DNA of 64,000 nucleotides from an uncultured Actinomycetes bacterium (GTDB taxonomy: Bacteria; Actinomycetota; UBA4738; HRBIN12): the NCBI GenBank assembly GCA_963746995.1, contig CAVVDF010000010.1, positions 25,641 to 89,640 on the forward strand, given 5' to 3'. Under the pieces are notes generated by a model. It was given only the letters and a program-made list of their open reading frames with translations, ran no database searches and was not told where the DNA came from. Of the stretch, positions 27,639-35,078 are shown in pieces. Both the position numbers and the translations under genes were made by a program. Numbering within the stretch: the first letter of the stretch is position 1; the number at the start of each line of letters is the position of its first letter.

Positions 27639-27986
27639 ATGGCACGGGCGGCGACGACGGCGGACGCGTTCAACGCGGTGGCGGAGCCCCGCCGCCGGCA
27701 GATCCTCGACGCCCTGTCGACCGGCGAGCTGCCCGTGAACGAGCTTGTCGCGTTGTTGCACCTGACCCAGCCGCAGGTCTCGAAACACCTCCGTGTGCTC
27801 CGGGAGGTCGATCTGGTGCAGGTCCGCCGAGCGGGGACTCAGCGGATCTACCGCCTGCACGCGCAGGCGCTCACGCCGATCCACGACTGGCTCCGGTCAT
27901 ACGAGGACACCTGGAACGAGCGGTTCGATCGGATGGATGCGGTGCTCGTTGAGCTTCGCGAGGAGGAGGAGAACGATGACGCATAG
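27639..27986 (+). CDS. ArsR/SmtB family transcriptional regulator
   Basis: EPRRRQILDALSTGELPVNELVALLHLTQPQVSKHLRVLREVDLV. Confidence 0.9.
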   Translation: MARAATTADAFNAVAEPRRRQILDALSTGELPVNELVALLHLTQPQVSKHLRVLREVDLVQVRRAGTQRIYRLHAQALTPIHDWLRSYEDTWNERFDRMDAVLVELREEEENDDA

Positions 27987-28461
27987 CGGCAAAGCGGTTG
28001 TGACGGTACCGAGCGACACCGAGATCGTGATCACGCGCGTGTTCGACGTACCCAGACATCTCGTCTACCGGGCCTGGACGACCCCCGAGCTGATCGAGCG
28101 GTGGTGGAGCGGCCTTCGAGGGACCGTGACGAGCGTCGAGGTCGATCTGCGCGTCGGCGGTCGGTGGCGCTACGTGATGAAGGCGAACGCGGGCTTCGAG
28201 GTTGCATTCCACGGCGAGTACCGCGAGATCGAGCCGAACGAGCGCATCGTGTCGACCGAGGTCTTCGAAGGAGCGCCAGACCCCGAAGCGAACGCCACCG
28301 AGAACGTCATCACGTTCGACGGGGATGGCGAGCAGACAACGTTGACGACCGTCGTGGTGTGCCCGAGCCGCGAGGTGCGTGACGCGATCATCGACTCCGG
28401 GATGGAAGACGGGATGCAGGAGGCGATGGACGCGCTCGAGCGTGTGGCGCTCGAGGCGTAG
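27976..28461 (+). CDS. SRPBCC / Aha1-domain protein (commonly paired with ArsR regulators)
   Basis: MTHSGKAVVTVPSDTEIVITRVFDVPRHLVYRAWTTPELIERWW..GGRWRY... 11-nt overlap with the regulator gene. Confidence 0.88.
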   Translation: MTHSGKAVVTVPSDTEIVITRVFDVPRHLVYRAWTTPELIERWWSGLRGTVTSVEVDLRVGGRWRYVMKANAGFEVAFHGEYREIEPNERIVSTEVFEGAPDPEANATENVITFDGDGEQTTLTTVVVCPSREVRDAIIDSGMEDGMQEAMDALERVALEA

Positions 28462-28463
28462 CG

Positions 28464-28932
28464 TCAGGAGCGTGCCGCGTACTCCGGGTTCTGAAAAGGC
28501 CAGGCGGCGGCGAGCCAGTCCGACACCGAACGCCACACCACGGGATCCAGTTCGGCTCGGGCGGACGTGACCCAAGACTCCACGCGCGCGTCGTGGTCGT
28601 CCTCTCGACGGGTAGATGTACAGGCACCCGATCACGTCGTCGCCGCGCGGGTCGAGCACCGTGTAGGTGAACCCCCGCCGCGCCGCGAAGTCCTCCGCGT
28701 GCCGAACGAGGTCGCCGAAGTTCTCCTCGAGCGTCATCTCGTGGGGCCACGGGTGTTCCTCGCCGGGCTCGACCATGCCCGGTGTCGCGAGGATGTGCTC
28801 CATGCTCGACGTCCACGCCGCGTAGTCGCGCTCGTTGTGTTGGGGACCGAGCGGCTCGAGCACGAAAGCAGGCGTCACCAGCCGGGTGGGTGGGTCGAAA
28901 TCGTCCGGTACGAACGGAGGATGTTCCTGCAT
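28464..28932 (-). pseudogene. small GNAT-family N-acetyltransferase, reading frame broken once
   Basis: ORF 27871..28932 gives MQEHPPFVPDDFDPP..GFTYTVLDPRGDDVIGCLYIYPSR and then runs antisense through the SRPBCC gene. Shifting frame at ~28600-28603 (coding strand TCGAGA G GACGAC, one extra G) gives DDHDARVESWVTSARAELDPVVWRSVSDWLAAAWPFQNPEYAARS* with stop at 28464-28466, the expected family C-terminus. Confidence 0.65.
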
Positions 28933-28942
28933 GGGCGGGAGG

Positions 28943-29455
28943 CTACCCCGATCGCCCTTCCGCGTGAGCGGCGCGCCTCCGACCGGGTGAGAGCCACAGC
29001 ACGCCGACGAGCAGGAGCATGTCGATCACGAACAGGAATGCCACCCCTGCCGCCCACCCGCCTAACAGATCGAAGTCGTAGAAGCACAGGCCTGCCCCTC
29101 GAGTCACGTAGAGCGGGCACGCCTTCTGGACCGCGAGCAGCAGGGCTGCGGCGGCGAACGGCGTCAGCGCGAGGAGCCAGACCGCGTCTCGCCGCATCGG
29201 CCACGTGCCCGGCTCGCGCCGCCTCGTGACGACGAGACCGACGACACCGCCCGCGACGATCCCGACGCTGAAGCCCTCTGCCACCGCGGCGGGGACCCCA
29301 TGCGGACCGTCGCCGATCACGTAGGCATAGGTGCCCGCCGCTGCGACCAGACCCGCGGAGATCGCGATCGTGACCGCGGGAGCCGGGCGCACGGCGATCA
29401 ACGCGCCGAGCACGGCGAGCACGACGAGGACCTCCGTGATGACCCGAAGCGTCAT
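28943..29455 (-). CDS. hypothetical integral membrane protein
   Basis: MTLRVITEVLVVLAVLGALIAV.. with about 5 hydrophobic segments. ATG 29455 within ORF 28943..29617. Lies 10 nt upstream of the GNAT gene. Confidence 0.6.
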   Translation of the reverse strand: MTLRVITEVLVVLAVLGALIAVRPAPAVTIAISAGLVAAAGTYAYVIGDGPHGVPAAVAEGFSVGIVAGGVVGLVVTRRREPGTWPMRRDAVWLLALTPFAAAALLLAVQKACPLYVTRGAGLCFYDFDLLGGWAAGVAFLFVIDMLLLVGVLWLSPGRRRAAHAEGRSG

Positions 29456-29544
29456 GTCGGCAGCCTGACGGGAACGTCTCTTGAACGGAAGCACCCGCGC
29501 ATCATCGCGACCGAACTGCGACGAGGACGCCACGATGCGACCTG

Positions 29545-30075
29545 CTATCGGAAGGAGCCGTACCCCTCCGGGATCGGTAGGCCGAACCGCTCGCACAAGG
29601 CGGACACATCGGCCCAATCATCCTCGTCAGGTTCGTATCCGGTGTGGAACCGCACCAGCCACTCGGGAGACAAGCAGGCAACCGTCCTTCCGCCGAGACG
29701 ACCCGAGCCCGCGAGCGCCTCGGCGGGGAAGGTGAAGTCGGTCTCGGGTGGCCCGTAGATGCCGTTTCCCTGCTCGTCCAGGACGATCACGTGGAAGTCG
29801 ATCTCCCGCCCGTGCACGTCGCCGAGGACGAAATTCCACGGCTGCGTGTCGTCACGCGGGATCGGGTTGAACCCACCGTTTCCGAGCCAAGAGATGGCTG
29901 TCGCAAGATCGCGCTCCTCGATCTCGATGTCCAGATCCCGATGGGGTCGTGTCTGCGAACCGAGGCATGCGTCAACGGCCCATCCGCCGTCCAGCCAGAC
30001 GCGGACCCTAATCGATGCCATGAGATCCAGGAATCGCAGCACATCTTGCAGCGTCATCTCGGTCATCTGCACCAT
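29545..30075 (-). CDS. nucleotidyltransferase of the aminoglycoside-2''-adenylyltransferase (ANT(2'')/Lnu-like) family
   Basis: VRVWLDGGWAVDACLGSQTRPHRDLDIEI parallels ANT(2'')-Ia ..LWIGGGWAIDARLGRVTRKHDDIDLTF... Confidence 0.8.
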   Translation of the reverse strand: MVQMTEMTLQDVLRFLDLMASIRVRVWLDGGWAVDACLGSQTRPHRDLDIEIEERDLATAISWLGNGGFNPIPRDDTQPWNFVLGDVHGREIDFHVIVLDEQGNGIYGPPETDFTFPAEALAGSGRLGGRTVACLSPEWLVRFHTGYEPDEDDWADVSALCERFGLPIPEGYGSFR

Positions 30076-30089
30076 TCTGCGGCCTCGCC

Positions 30090-30095
30090 TAGCCT
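30090..30095 (+). promoter_or_regulatory. -10-like hexamer TAGCCT, 6 nt before ATG 30102
   Basis: tagcct-tgggcg-ATG. The intergenic spacer to the divergent gene is only 26 nt. Confidence 0.4.
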
Positions 30096-30101
30096 TGGGC
30101 G

Positions 30102-30806
30102 ATGGACATCATCCTGATCCCCGGCATGTGGCTCGATGCGTCCTCCTGGAACGAGGTCGCCCCTCTCCTCGAGCGGGCGGGACACCGAACCCGCGCGCTC
30201 ACACTGCCCGGCATGGAGTCGAGGGATGCCCGCCGTTCCGGTATCACGCTGCAAGACCACATCGACGCGGTGATCGCCGCGATCGACGCCGTCGATGCGG
30301 CGGGCCGCGTGGTGCTCGTCGGCCATTCCGCCGGCGGTTTGCTGGCACATGCTGCGGTCGACGCGCGGCCGGACCGTGTCGCCCGAGTCGTCTACGTCGC
30401 CAGCGAGCCCCACGGTGACGGCGAAGCCGGCGGCGACTATCCGGTCGTGAACGGCGAGATCCCGGTGCCCGATTGGTCCTTGTTCGACGAGGAGATGCTC
30501 GTCGATCTCGACGACGAGCAGCGGGCGGCGCTCCGCGATCGCGCGATCCCGTCACCCGCCCGCGTCGCGAGCGACCCACTGCGACTGTCGAACGACGCTC
30601 GTTACGACGTGGCCGCTACCGTCATCGCCTGCGAATTCCCGAGCACCATGCTTCGGGAATGGATCGAGCAAGGCTTCCCGGGTGCACAGGAGCTCGGGAA
30701 ACTCCGGAACGTCGAGTACATCGACCTGCACTCGGGCCACTGGCCGCAGTTCACCCGGCCGCAGGATCTCGCGCAAGCGATAGTCAGGAGCGTCGACGCC
30801 GCCTGA
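30102..30806 (+). CDS. alpha/beta hydrolase (esterase-like)
   Basis: MDIILIPGMWLDASSW.., VLVGHSAGG, HSGHWPQ. Confidence 0.88.
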   Translation: MDIILIPGMWLDASSWNEVAPLLERAGHRTRALTLPGMESRDARRSGITLQDHIDAVIAAIDAVDAAGRVVLVGHSAGGLLAHAAVDARPDRVARVVYVASEPHGDGEAGGDYPVVNGEIPVPDWSLFDEEMLVDLDDEQRAALRDRAIPSPARVASDPLRLSNDARYDVAATVIACEFPSTMLREWIEQGFPGAQELGKLRNVEYIDLHSGHWPQFTRPQDLAQAIVRSVDAA

Positions 30807-30830
30807 GCGATGACGGATGTCCCAAGACTT

Positions 30831-31340
30831 TCAATCCCAGAGATCGATCTGGTGAAGGCCGGCGAGCCCGAGGGCCTCGTTCAGTTCGGCGCAGTGGTAC
30901 ACGTCGTGGGCGAAGACACGCTGCAGGACCCAACCGCGGGAGTGGACTCGCTCTTCGGTATCCCACCGGCGACGGATCTCCTCGTTCAGCATCTCGAGGG
31001 TCCATCGGTCCAGGCAATGCTCGACGATGCGGAACGAGGCGTCGAGCGCTTCGACGAGCGCTTCGGCGTCGAGAGGATGGTCGAGGTCGTCGTCACCCGG
31101 GCAGTTGTACGCGGCGTCCGTGAACGGCGTCGTCTCCGCACCCGGCTCACCGGCGAAGTCGCAGAGCCAGAAGACACGCTGGCAGGCGGCGTGACCGGCC
31201 GTCGCCCAGATCGGCCACCGGTCGGGCGACGGGCGGATCGCGAGCTGTTCCTCCGTCATCGCACCGAGGACGTCACGGAGTCGCTGGTTGTACGTGGGCC
31301 ACGTTCGAAAGGCAGGTCGGATAGCCAAGGGATCGCTCAC
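30831..31340 (-). CDS. DinB-family (DinB_2) metal-dependent protein
   Basis: ..WPIWATAGHAACQRVFWL.., ..RVFAHDVYHCAELNEALG... GTG 31340 (VSDPLAIRP..) chosen inside ORF 30831..32099. Confidence 0.8.
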   Translation of the reverse strand: MSDPLAIRPAFRTWPTYNQRLRDVLGAMTEEQLAIRPSPDRWPIWATAGHAACQRVFWLCDFAGEPGAETTPFTDAAYNCPGDDDLDHPLDAEALVEALDASFRIVEHCLDRWTLEMLNEEIRRRWDTEERVHSRGWVLQRVFAHDVYHCAELNEALGLAGLHQIDLWD

Positions 31341-31347
31341 GCCGACC

Positions 31348-31353
31348 ACCGTA
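31348..31353 (-). promoter_or_regulatory. -10-like hexamer TACGGT (minus strand), 7 nt before GTG 31340
   Basis: + strand cac-gccgacc-accgta. Confidence 0.35.
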
Positions 31354-31397
31354 CTCGTCGGGTTGCCCCCGGCGTTGGCGATAGGCTTCTGCCGATC

Positions 31398-31673
31398 ATG
31401 GAATGGGCGTTCGGTGCCGGCCTCGTCTTGTTCTTTCTCGTGTTCGTCGTCGGTGGTCTCGCGCTGATGATCTATGCGCTCGTCGACGCCGTGCGCATGC
31501 CGGACGACGCATCGTTCAAGACGGGCACGCAGGTCGTGTGGGTGCTCGTGATCGTGCTGACGTCGGGGATCGGCGCGATCATCTACCTGATCGTCGGGCG
31601 ACCACCCGGCGGTGCCACGGCCGCTCGAGCCCGCGCCGCCCAGCACCCGTCGGTCCCGCCGCCCCCCGTGTGA
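31398..31673 (+). CDS. PLDc_N-domain small membrane protein
   Basis: MEWAFGAGLVLFFLVFVVGGLALMIYALVDAVRMPDDASFKTGTQVVWVLVIVLTSGIGAIIYLIVGRP. Confidence 0.7.
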   Translation: MEWAFGAGLVLFFLVFVVGGLALMIYALVDAVRMPDDASFKTGTQVVWVLVIVLTSGIGAIIYLIVGRPPGGATAARARAAQHPSVPPPPV

Positions 31674-31728
31674 GGGCCACGGGCCGGGTGGGCTTGACTC
31701 GGAACGGTGAGCCACCCAAGCTCGAGTC

Positions 31729-32202
31729 ATGCAGCTCGAGTTGCCTCCATTCAGCCAGTTCGTACCCTCCCTCCTGATGCTGCTCGTGATCGGCTGGACG
31801 ACGGCGTGGGTGTGGGCAGTGTGGCTGCTCGCCACAGGGTCGGCGAGTGTCAGGTATCTGCCGGTGTGGCTGTGGGCCGCGCTCCTGGTGCTCGCGCCCA
31901 TCGTCGCAGCACCTGCATTCCTGCTGATCGGGGCTCCCCTGACCTCGTCTCGAGCTCGACGCGAAGCCGCAATCGCTGCGGCGACCGCGGTGGTCGTGAC
32001 GGTCGCCGTTGTGGCGATCCAGCAGATCGGGATCTTGGACTGCCGGATCACTCGCAAGCGTCCATTCACCCAGGTGTGCGAGATGGCGCCTCGCAGCACG
32101 ATGCTGCCCGTGGTGCTGGGGGTCGGGGCGGCGATCGCCGTCGGCGTCGTTCTGTCGCTGCGGCGACGCCACGCGAGAACGGCTCAGGTCTTGGCAGCGT
32201 AG
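31729..32202 (+). CDS. hypothetical membrane protein (N-terminal half again PLDc_N-like)
   Basis: 157-aa ORF with 4 hydrophobic segments; ..YLPVWLWAALLVLAPIVAAPAFLLIG... Confidence 0.55.
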   Translation: MQLELPPFSQFVPSLLMLLVIGWTTAWVWAVWLLATGSASVRYLPVWLWAALLVLAPIVAAPAFLLIGAPLTSSRARREAAIAAATAVVVTVAVVAIQQIGILDCRITRKRPFTQVCEMAPRSTMLPVVLGVGAAIAVGVVLSLRRRHARTAQVLAA

Positions 32203-32274
32203 CGACCCTTGCCCCGTCGCCGTCGTTCCGCACGAGGGCTTGTCGCTCGACGCGTTCAGCCGCTAGCCTTCCCG

Positions 32275-32348
32275 TGCGGGGTGGAGCAGTCCGGTAGCTC
32301 GCTGGGCTCATAACCCAGAGGTCGTAGGTTCAAATCCTACCCCCGCGA
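32275..32348 (+). tRNA. tRNA-Met (anticodon CAT), initiator-type features; CCA not encoded
   Basis: Cloverleaf folded by hand: acceptor TGCGGGG/CCCCGCG, D arm GAGC-AGTCCGGTA-GCTC, anticodon arm CTGGG-CTCATAA-CCCAG (three G:C pairs next to the loop), T arm GTAGG-TTCAAAT-CCTAC, discriminator A. Near-identical to E. coli tRNA-fMet. Confidence 0.9.
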
Positions 32349-32371
32349 CGAGATCGACAGCGGAAAGCGAC

Positions 32372-32405
32372 AGAGCCCGGAGATCGGAAACGACCTCCGG
32401 GCTCT
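32372..32405 (+). terminator. hairpin downstream of tRNA-Met (possible terminator, no U tract)
   Basis: 11-bp stem agagcccggag / ctccgggctct with a 12-nt loop. Confidence 0.35.
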
Positions 32406-32472
32406 CGCATTCACCAGGTGCCCACGGGCCCGTGCCGTCGATGCTGGGTGGAGATGGAAGCGGCGGGGTGCT

Positions 32473-32706
32473 CTAGGTCGACGTCGCCAGGCGCCTCGTC
32501 AGCTCGTCCAAGCCGATCGAGAGGTCCGCGGCGACCTCCTCCGGATCCTTCCGGCCAGTCATCTCACGGATGATCATGTCCTGGCCGCGGCCGCAGCGAA
32601 CGACCTCTTGCGAGGTCATGTCATCCGTCGCGAACTCCGCCGCCCCCGCTTGGAGGATCTCCTCGAGCGACGTGATGGTGTCGGCCAGCGTGCTGAACTC
32701 GCTCAC
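32473..32706 (-). CDS. small acidic hypothetical protein (77 aa)
   Basis: ORF with GC-rich third positions (VSEFSTLADTITSLEEILQAG..). No recognisable domain. Confidence 0.45.
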   Translation of the reverse strand: MSEFSTLADTITSLEEILQAGAAEFATDDMTSQEVVRCGRGQDMIIREMTGRKDPEEVAADLSIGLDELTRRLATST

Positions 32707-32859
32707 GAGCGCGTCATAGGACCAGCTGCGAAGGTCGGCCTCGGTGAAGCTCCGGTCGTCCAGCGTGCGCCTCCATCCGGGCCCAACCGACTCCGCGCGT
32801 CACGGCCGCCAGCGTGCCCAGACCGGAGCGTAGTCGGTTCGCAACGCGCGTGACGCTCA

Positions 32860-32894
32860 AGCCCGCACGGTCACCCTCCGTGACCGTGCGGGCT
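32860..32894 (-). terminator. strong hairpin 43 nt downstream of the RTX-like gene
   Basis: Perfect 15-bp stem agcccgcacggtcac / gtgaccgtgcgggct with a 5-nt loop; only TT follows on the minus strand. Confidence 0.45.
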
Positions 32895-32936
32895 GCGTCA
32901 GCGTTGATCGGAACTGCGGAAGCTTCGCCTCTGCGG

Positions 32937-33629
32937 CTAGGCTTCGCACCCGTCTACTGTGTCGCCGACGTCGAACGTGCAGGTGTCGAAGCCCAACTGT
33001 CCGCGAACGAGATCGTTCGCCAACCCGTCGACAGAATCCAGGGTGTCATCGCCGAGCCGTCCACGCATCTCGTCGGCGCCAGGGCCACCGACCATTTGGT
33101 CGTTCCCGTCACCTGCGGCCATATGGTCCTTGCCGCGGCCGCCCTTCAGCACGTCGTTTCCACGCGAGCCACGCATCAGGTCGCCCTTGTCTCCACCGCG
33201 CAGCATGTCGTCGTTCAGACCGCCGGCGATCTCATCGCGCCCACGGCCACCGCGCAGCGCGTCGTCGCCTTTCGCTCCCTGCAAGAAGTCGTGTCGAGCT
33301 CCGCCGTTCAGACGGTCATCGCCGTCGTTGCCGTAGAGCTTGTCTCGACCACGGCCGCCCTTCAGGACGTCGGCGTCGGCACCACCCTCGAGCCGATCGC
33401 GGCCCTGGCCCCCGAGGAGCCTGTCGTCGCCGGCGCCGCCGAGCAGGACATCGTTGCCGCCCATCCCGCAGATGACGTCGGGGCCATCGGTTCCCACCAG
33501 CGTGTCGTTGCCTGCAGTGCCCTTGATCGTGCATCCGCCGCCGCCGGCCGCGGCCGCGGACAGACCGCCTCCGCCCAACACCAGTGTCGCCGCTGTCATC
33601 GCGACGACGACCATGATCGCTCGCTTCAT
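32937..33629 (-). CDS. secreted hemolysin-type (RTX) calcium-binding repeat protein with N-terminal signal peptide
   Basis: MKRAIMVVVAMTAATLVLGGGGLSAAAAGGGGC.., followed by 18 uninterrupted GGxGxDxLx-type nonapeptides. GGAAGGAG RBS 6 nt upstream of ATG 33629. Confidence 0.85.
   Translation of the reverse strand: MKRAIMVVVAMTAATLVLGGGGLSAAAAGGGGCTIKGTAGNDTLVGTDGPDVICGMGGNDVLLGGAGDDRLLGGQGRDRLEGGADADVLKGGRGRDKLYGNDGDDRLNGGARHDFLQGAKGDDALRGGRGRDEIAGGLNDDMLRGGDKGDLMRGSRGNDVLKGGRGKDHMAAGDGNDQMVGGPGADEMRGRLGDDTLDSVDGLANDLVRGQLGFDTCTFDVGDTVDGCEA
33036..33521 (-). repeat. 18 consecutive 27-nt (nonapeptide) RTX repeat units, degenerate at DNA level
   Basis: GTAGNDTLV GTDGPDVIC GMGGNDVLL GGAGDDRLL GGQGRDRLE ... 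GRLGDDTLD counted from the translation. Confidence 0.85.
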
Positions 33630-33878
33630 CAGTGCTCCTTCCGGGAACGGATCTTTCTCGCGCACCTGCGAGAGCGTCACCCCGGAGGCGTCTCTGGACA
33701 GGCATCAGCTATATGAGCTACGGCAAAGGAAGGTACCACCAATCAGAAACATCGCCCAGTCCGATCTGCACGCGCTGAAGCACCCTGGATGCGCCTGACT
33801 TTCGAAGCACCTGACCCCGGGTGGACCCGGAAAGACACGGCGCGTAGCATCACGCAACCGACGCGATCAGGAGGAGCC

Positions 33879-34301
33879 GTGGCGACCAAGGATCTGGTGG
33901 GGCGTCTCGCCCAGGTGCCCATGTTCTCCGGCTGCTCGAACAAGGAGCTGACCGCGATCGCGAAGACCGTCCGCCAGATCGACCATCCCGCCGGCACCGT
34001 CATCGCCACCGAGGGCGACCCCGGCGCCGGCTTGTTCGTGATCGAGTCGGGCGACGCCGACGTCACGATCGGCGGGAAGCGTGTGAACACGCTGCACACC
34101 GGCGATTTCTTCGGCGAGATGGCGCTGCTCGACGGCGGGCCCCGCACCGCGACGGTCACCGCCACCACCGACATCAAGCTGTACGCGCTCACCGAGTGGG
34201 TCTTCCGGGGTCTGCTGGTGGAGCACCCCTCGATCGCGTTGCGCACGCTCGAGGCCATGGCCGCGCGGCTCCGCAGCGCGACGAAGAGCGCCATCGGGTA
34301 G
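33879..34301 (+). CDS. stand-alone cyclic-nucleotide-binding domain protein (no DNA-binding domain)
   Basis: LAQVPMFSGCSNKELTAIA..GDFFGEMALLDGGPRTATVTA (FGE..R[TS]A cNMP pocket). GTG 33879 preceded by GGAGGAG; the ORF is open from 33789. Confidence 0.85.
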   Translation: MATKDLVGRLAQVPMFSGCSNKELTAIAKTVRQIDHPAGTVIATEGDPGAGLFVIESGDADVTIGGKRVNTLHTGDFFGEMALLDGGPRTATVTATTDIKLYALTEWVFRGLLVEHPSIALRTLEAMAARLRSATKSAIG

Positions 34302-34307
34302 GCGCCT

Positions 34308-35078
34308 GTGGCGCTGTTGACGCGCCCCGACGGCTGCCGACTCTGGTTCGAGACACATGGCGATCCTTCGACGCCGACGCTCGTGCTCCTCGAAGGCCTG
34401 GGCGGCGACATCCCGGGTTGGCGGCGGAACATCCCCGTGCTTGCGGCCGCCTGCTTCGTCGTTGCCTACGACCACCGCGGCAACGGCCGAAGCGATGATC
34501 CTCCGGGGCCTTGCACGATGGCCACGTTCGTCGAGGACGCCTGCGCGGTGCTCGACGAGGTGGGGGTCACCGCCGCGCACGTCTACGGGCAGAGCTTCGG
34601 TGGGATGGTCGCGATCGAGCTGGCGCTGACGCGCCCGGAGCGCATCCGCACGTTGATCCTGGCCGCGACCCACGCCGGCCCCGCTCAGGAGGTATGCGCG
34701 GAACGTGCGAACGTGCCGAAAGGGGAGCCGTGGCGAGCTCTGTATTCCCCCGCGTTCCCGGAGACGCATCCGGACCACGTCGCCGACGATCTGGCGGTGG
34801 CCGCCTCGGGCGTGCAACACACGTCGGGCGAGCGGAGACAATGGGAGGCGATCCAAGGCTTCGACGCATACGACCGACTTGGGGGGATCCGGGTGCCGAC
34901 ACTCGTGCTGCACGGGACCGAGGACCGCCTCGTCTCGCCGGGGAACGCCACACGGCTGGCGGGGGAGATCCCCGGTGCCGAGCTGCAGTGGCTCGACGGG
35001 GCCGGGCACCTCTACCACTCGGAACAAGCTGCGGCGGCCGATGCCGCCGTGCTCGGCTTCATCGCGAGGCACCCGTGA
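34308..35078 (+). CDS. alpha/beta hydrolase
   Basis: LVLLEGLGGD, YDHRGNGRSD, VYGQSFGGMVA, GAGHLYH. Confidence 0.88.
   Translation: MALLTRPDGCRLWFETHGDPSTPTLVLLEGLGGDIPGWRRNIPVLAAACFVVAYDHRGNGRSDDPPGPCTMATFVEDACAVLDEVGVTAAHVYGQSFGGMVAIELALTRPERIRTLILAATHAGPAQEVCAERANVPKGEPWRALYSPAFPETHPDHVADDLAVAASGVQHTSGERRQWEAIQGFDAYDRLGGIRVPTLVLHGTEDRLVSPGNATRLAGEIPGAELQWLDGAGHLYHSEQAAAADAAVLGFIARHP

Noticed and set aside
32349-33900. Integrated mobile element next to tRNA-Met
   Set aside because: No integrase, excisionase or transposase gene is present, and I did not spot a direct repeat of the tRNA 3' end. The downstream genes are ordinary (a small ORF, the RTX protein, the cNMP-binding protein).
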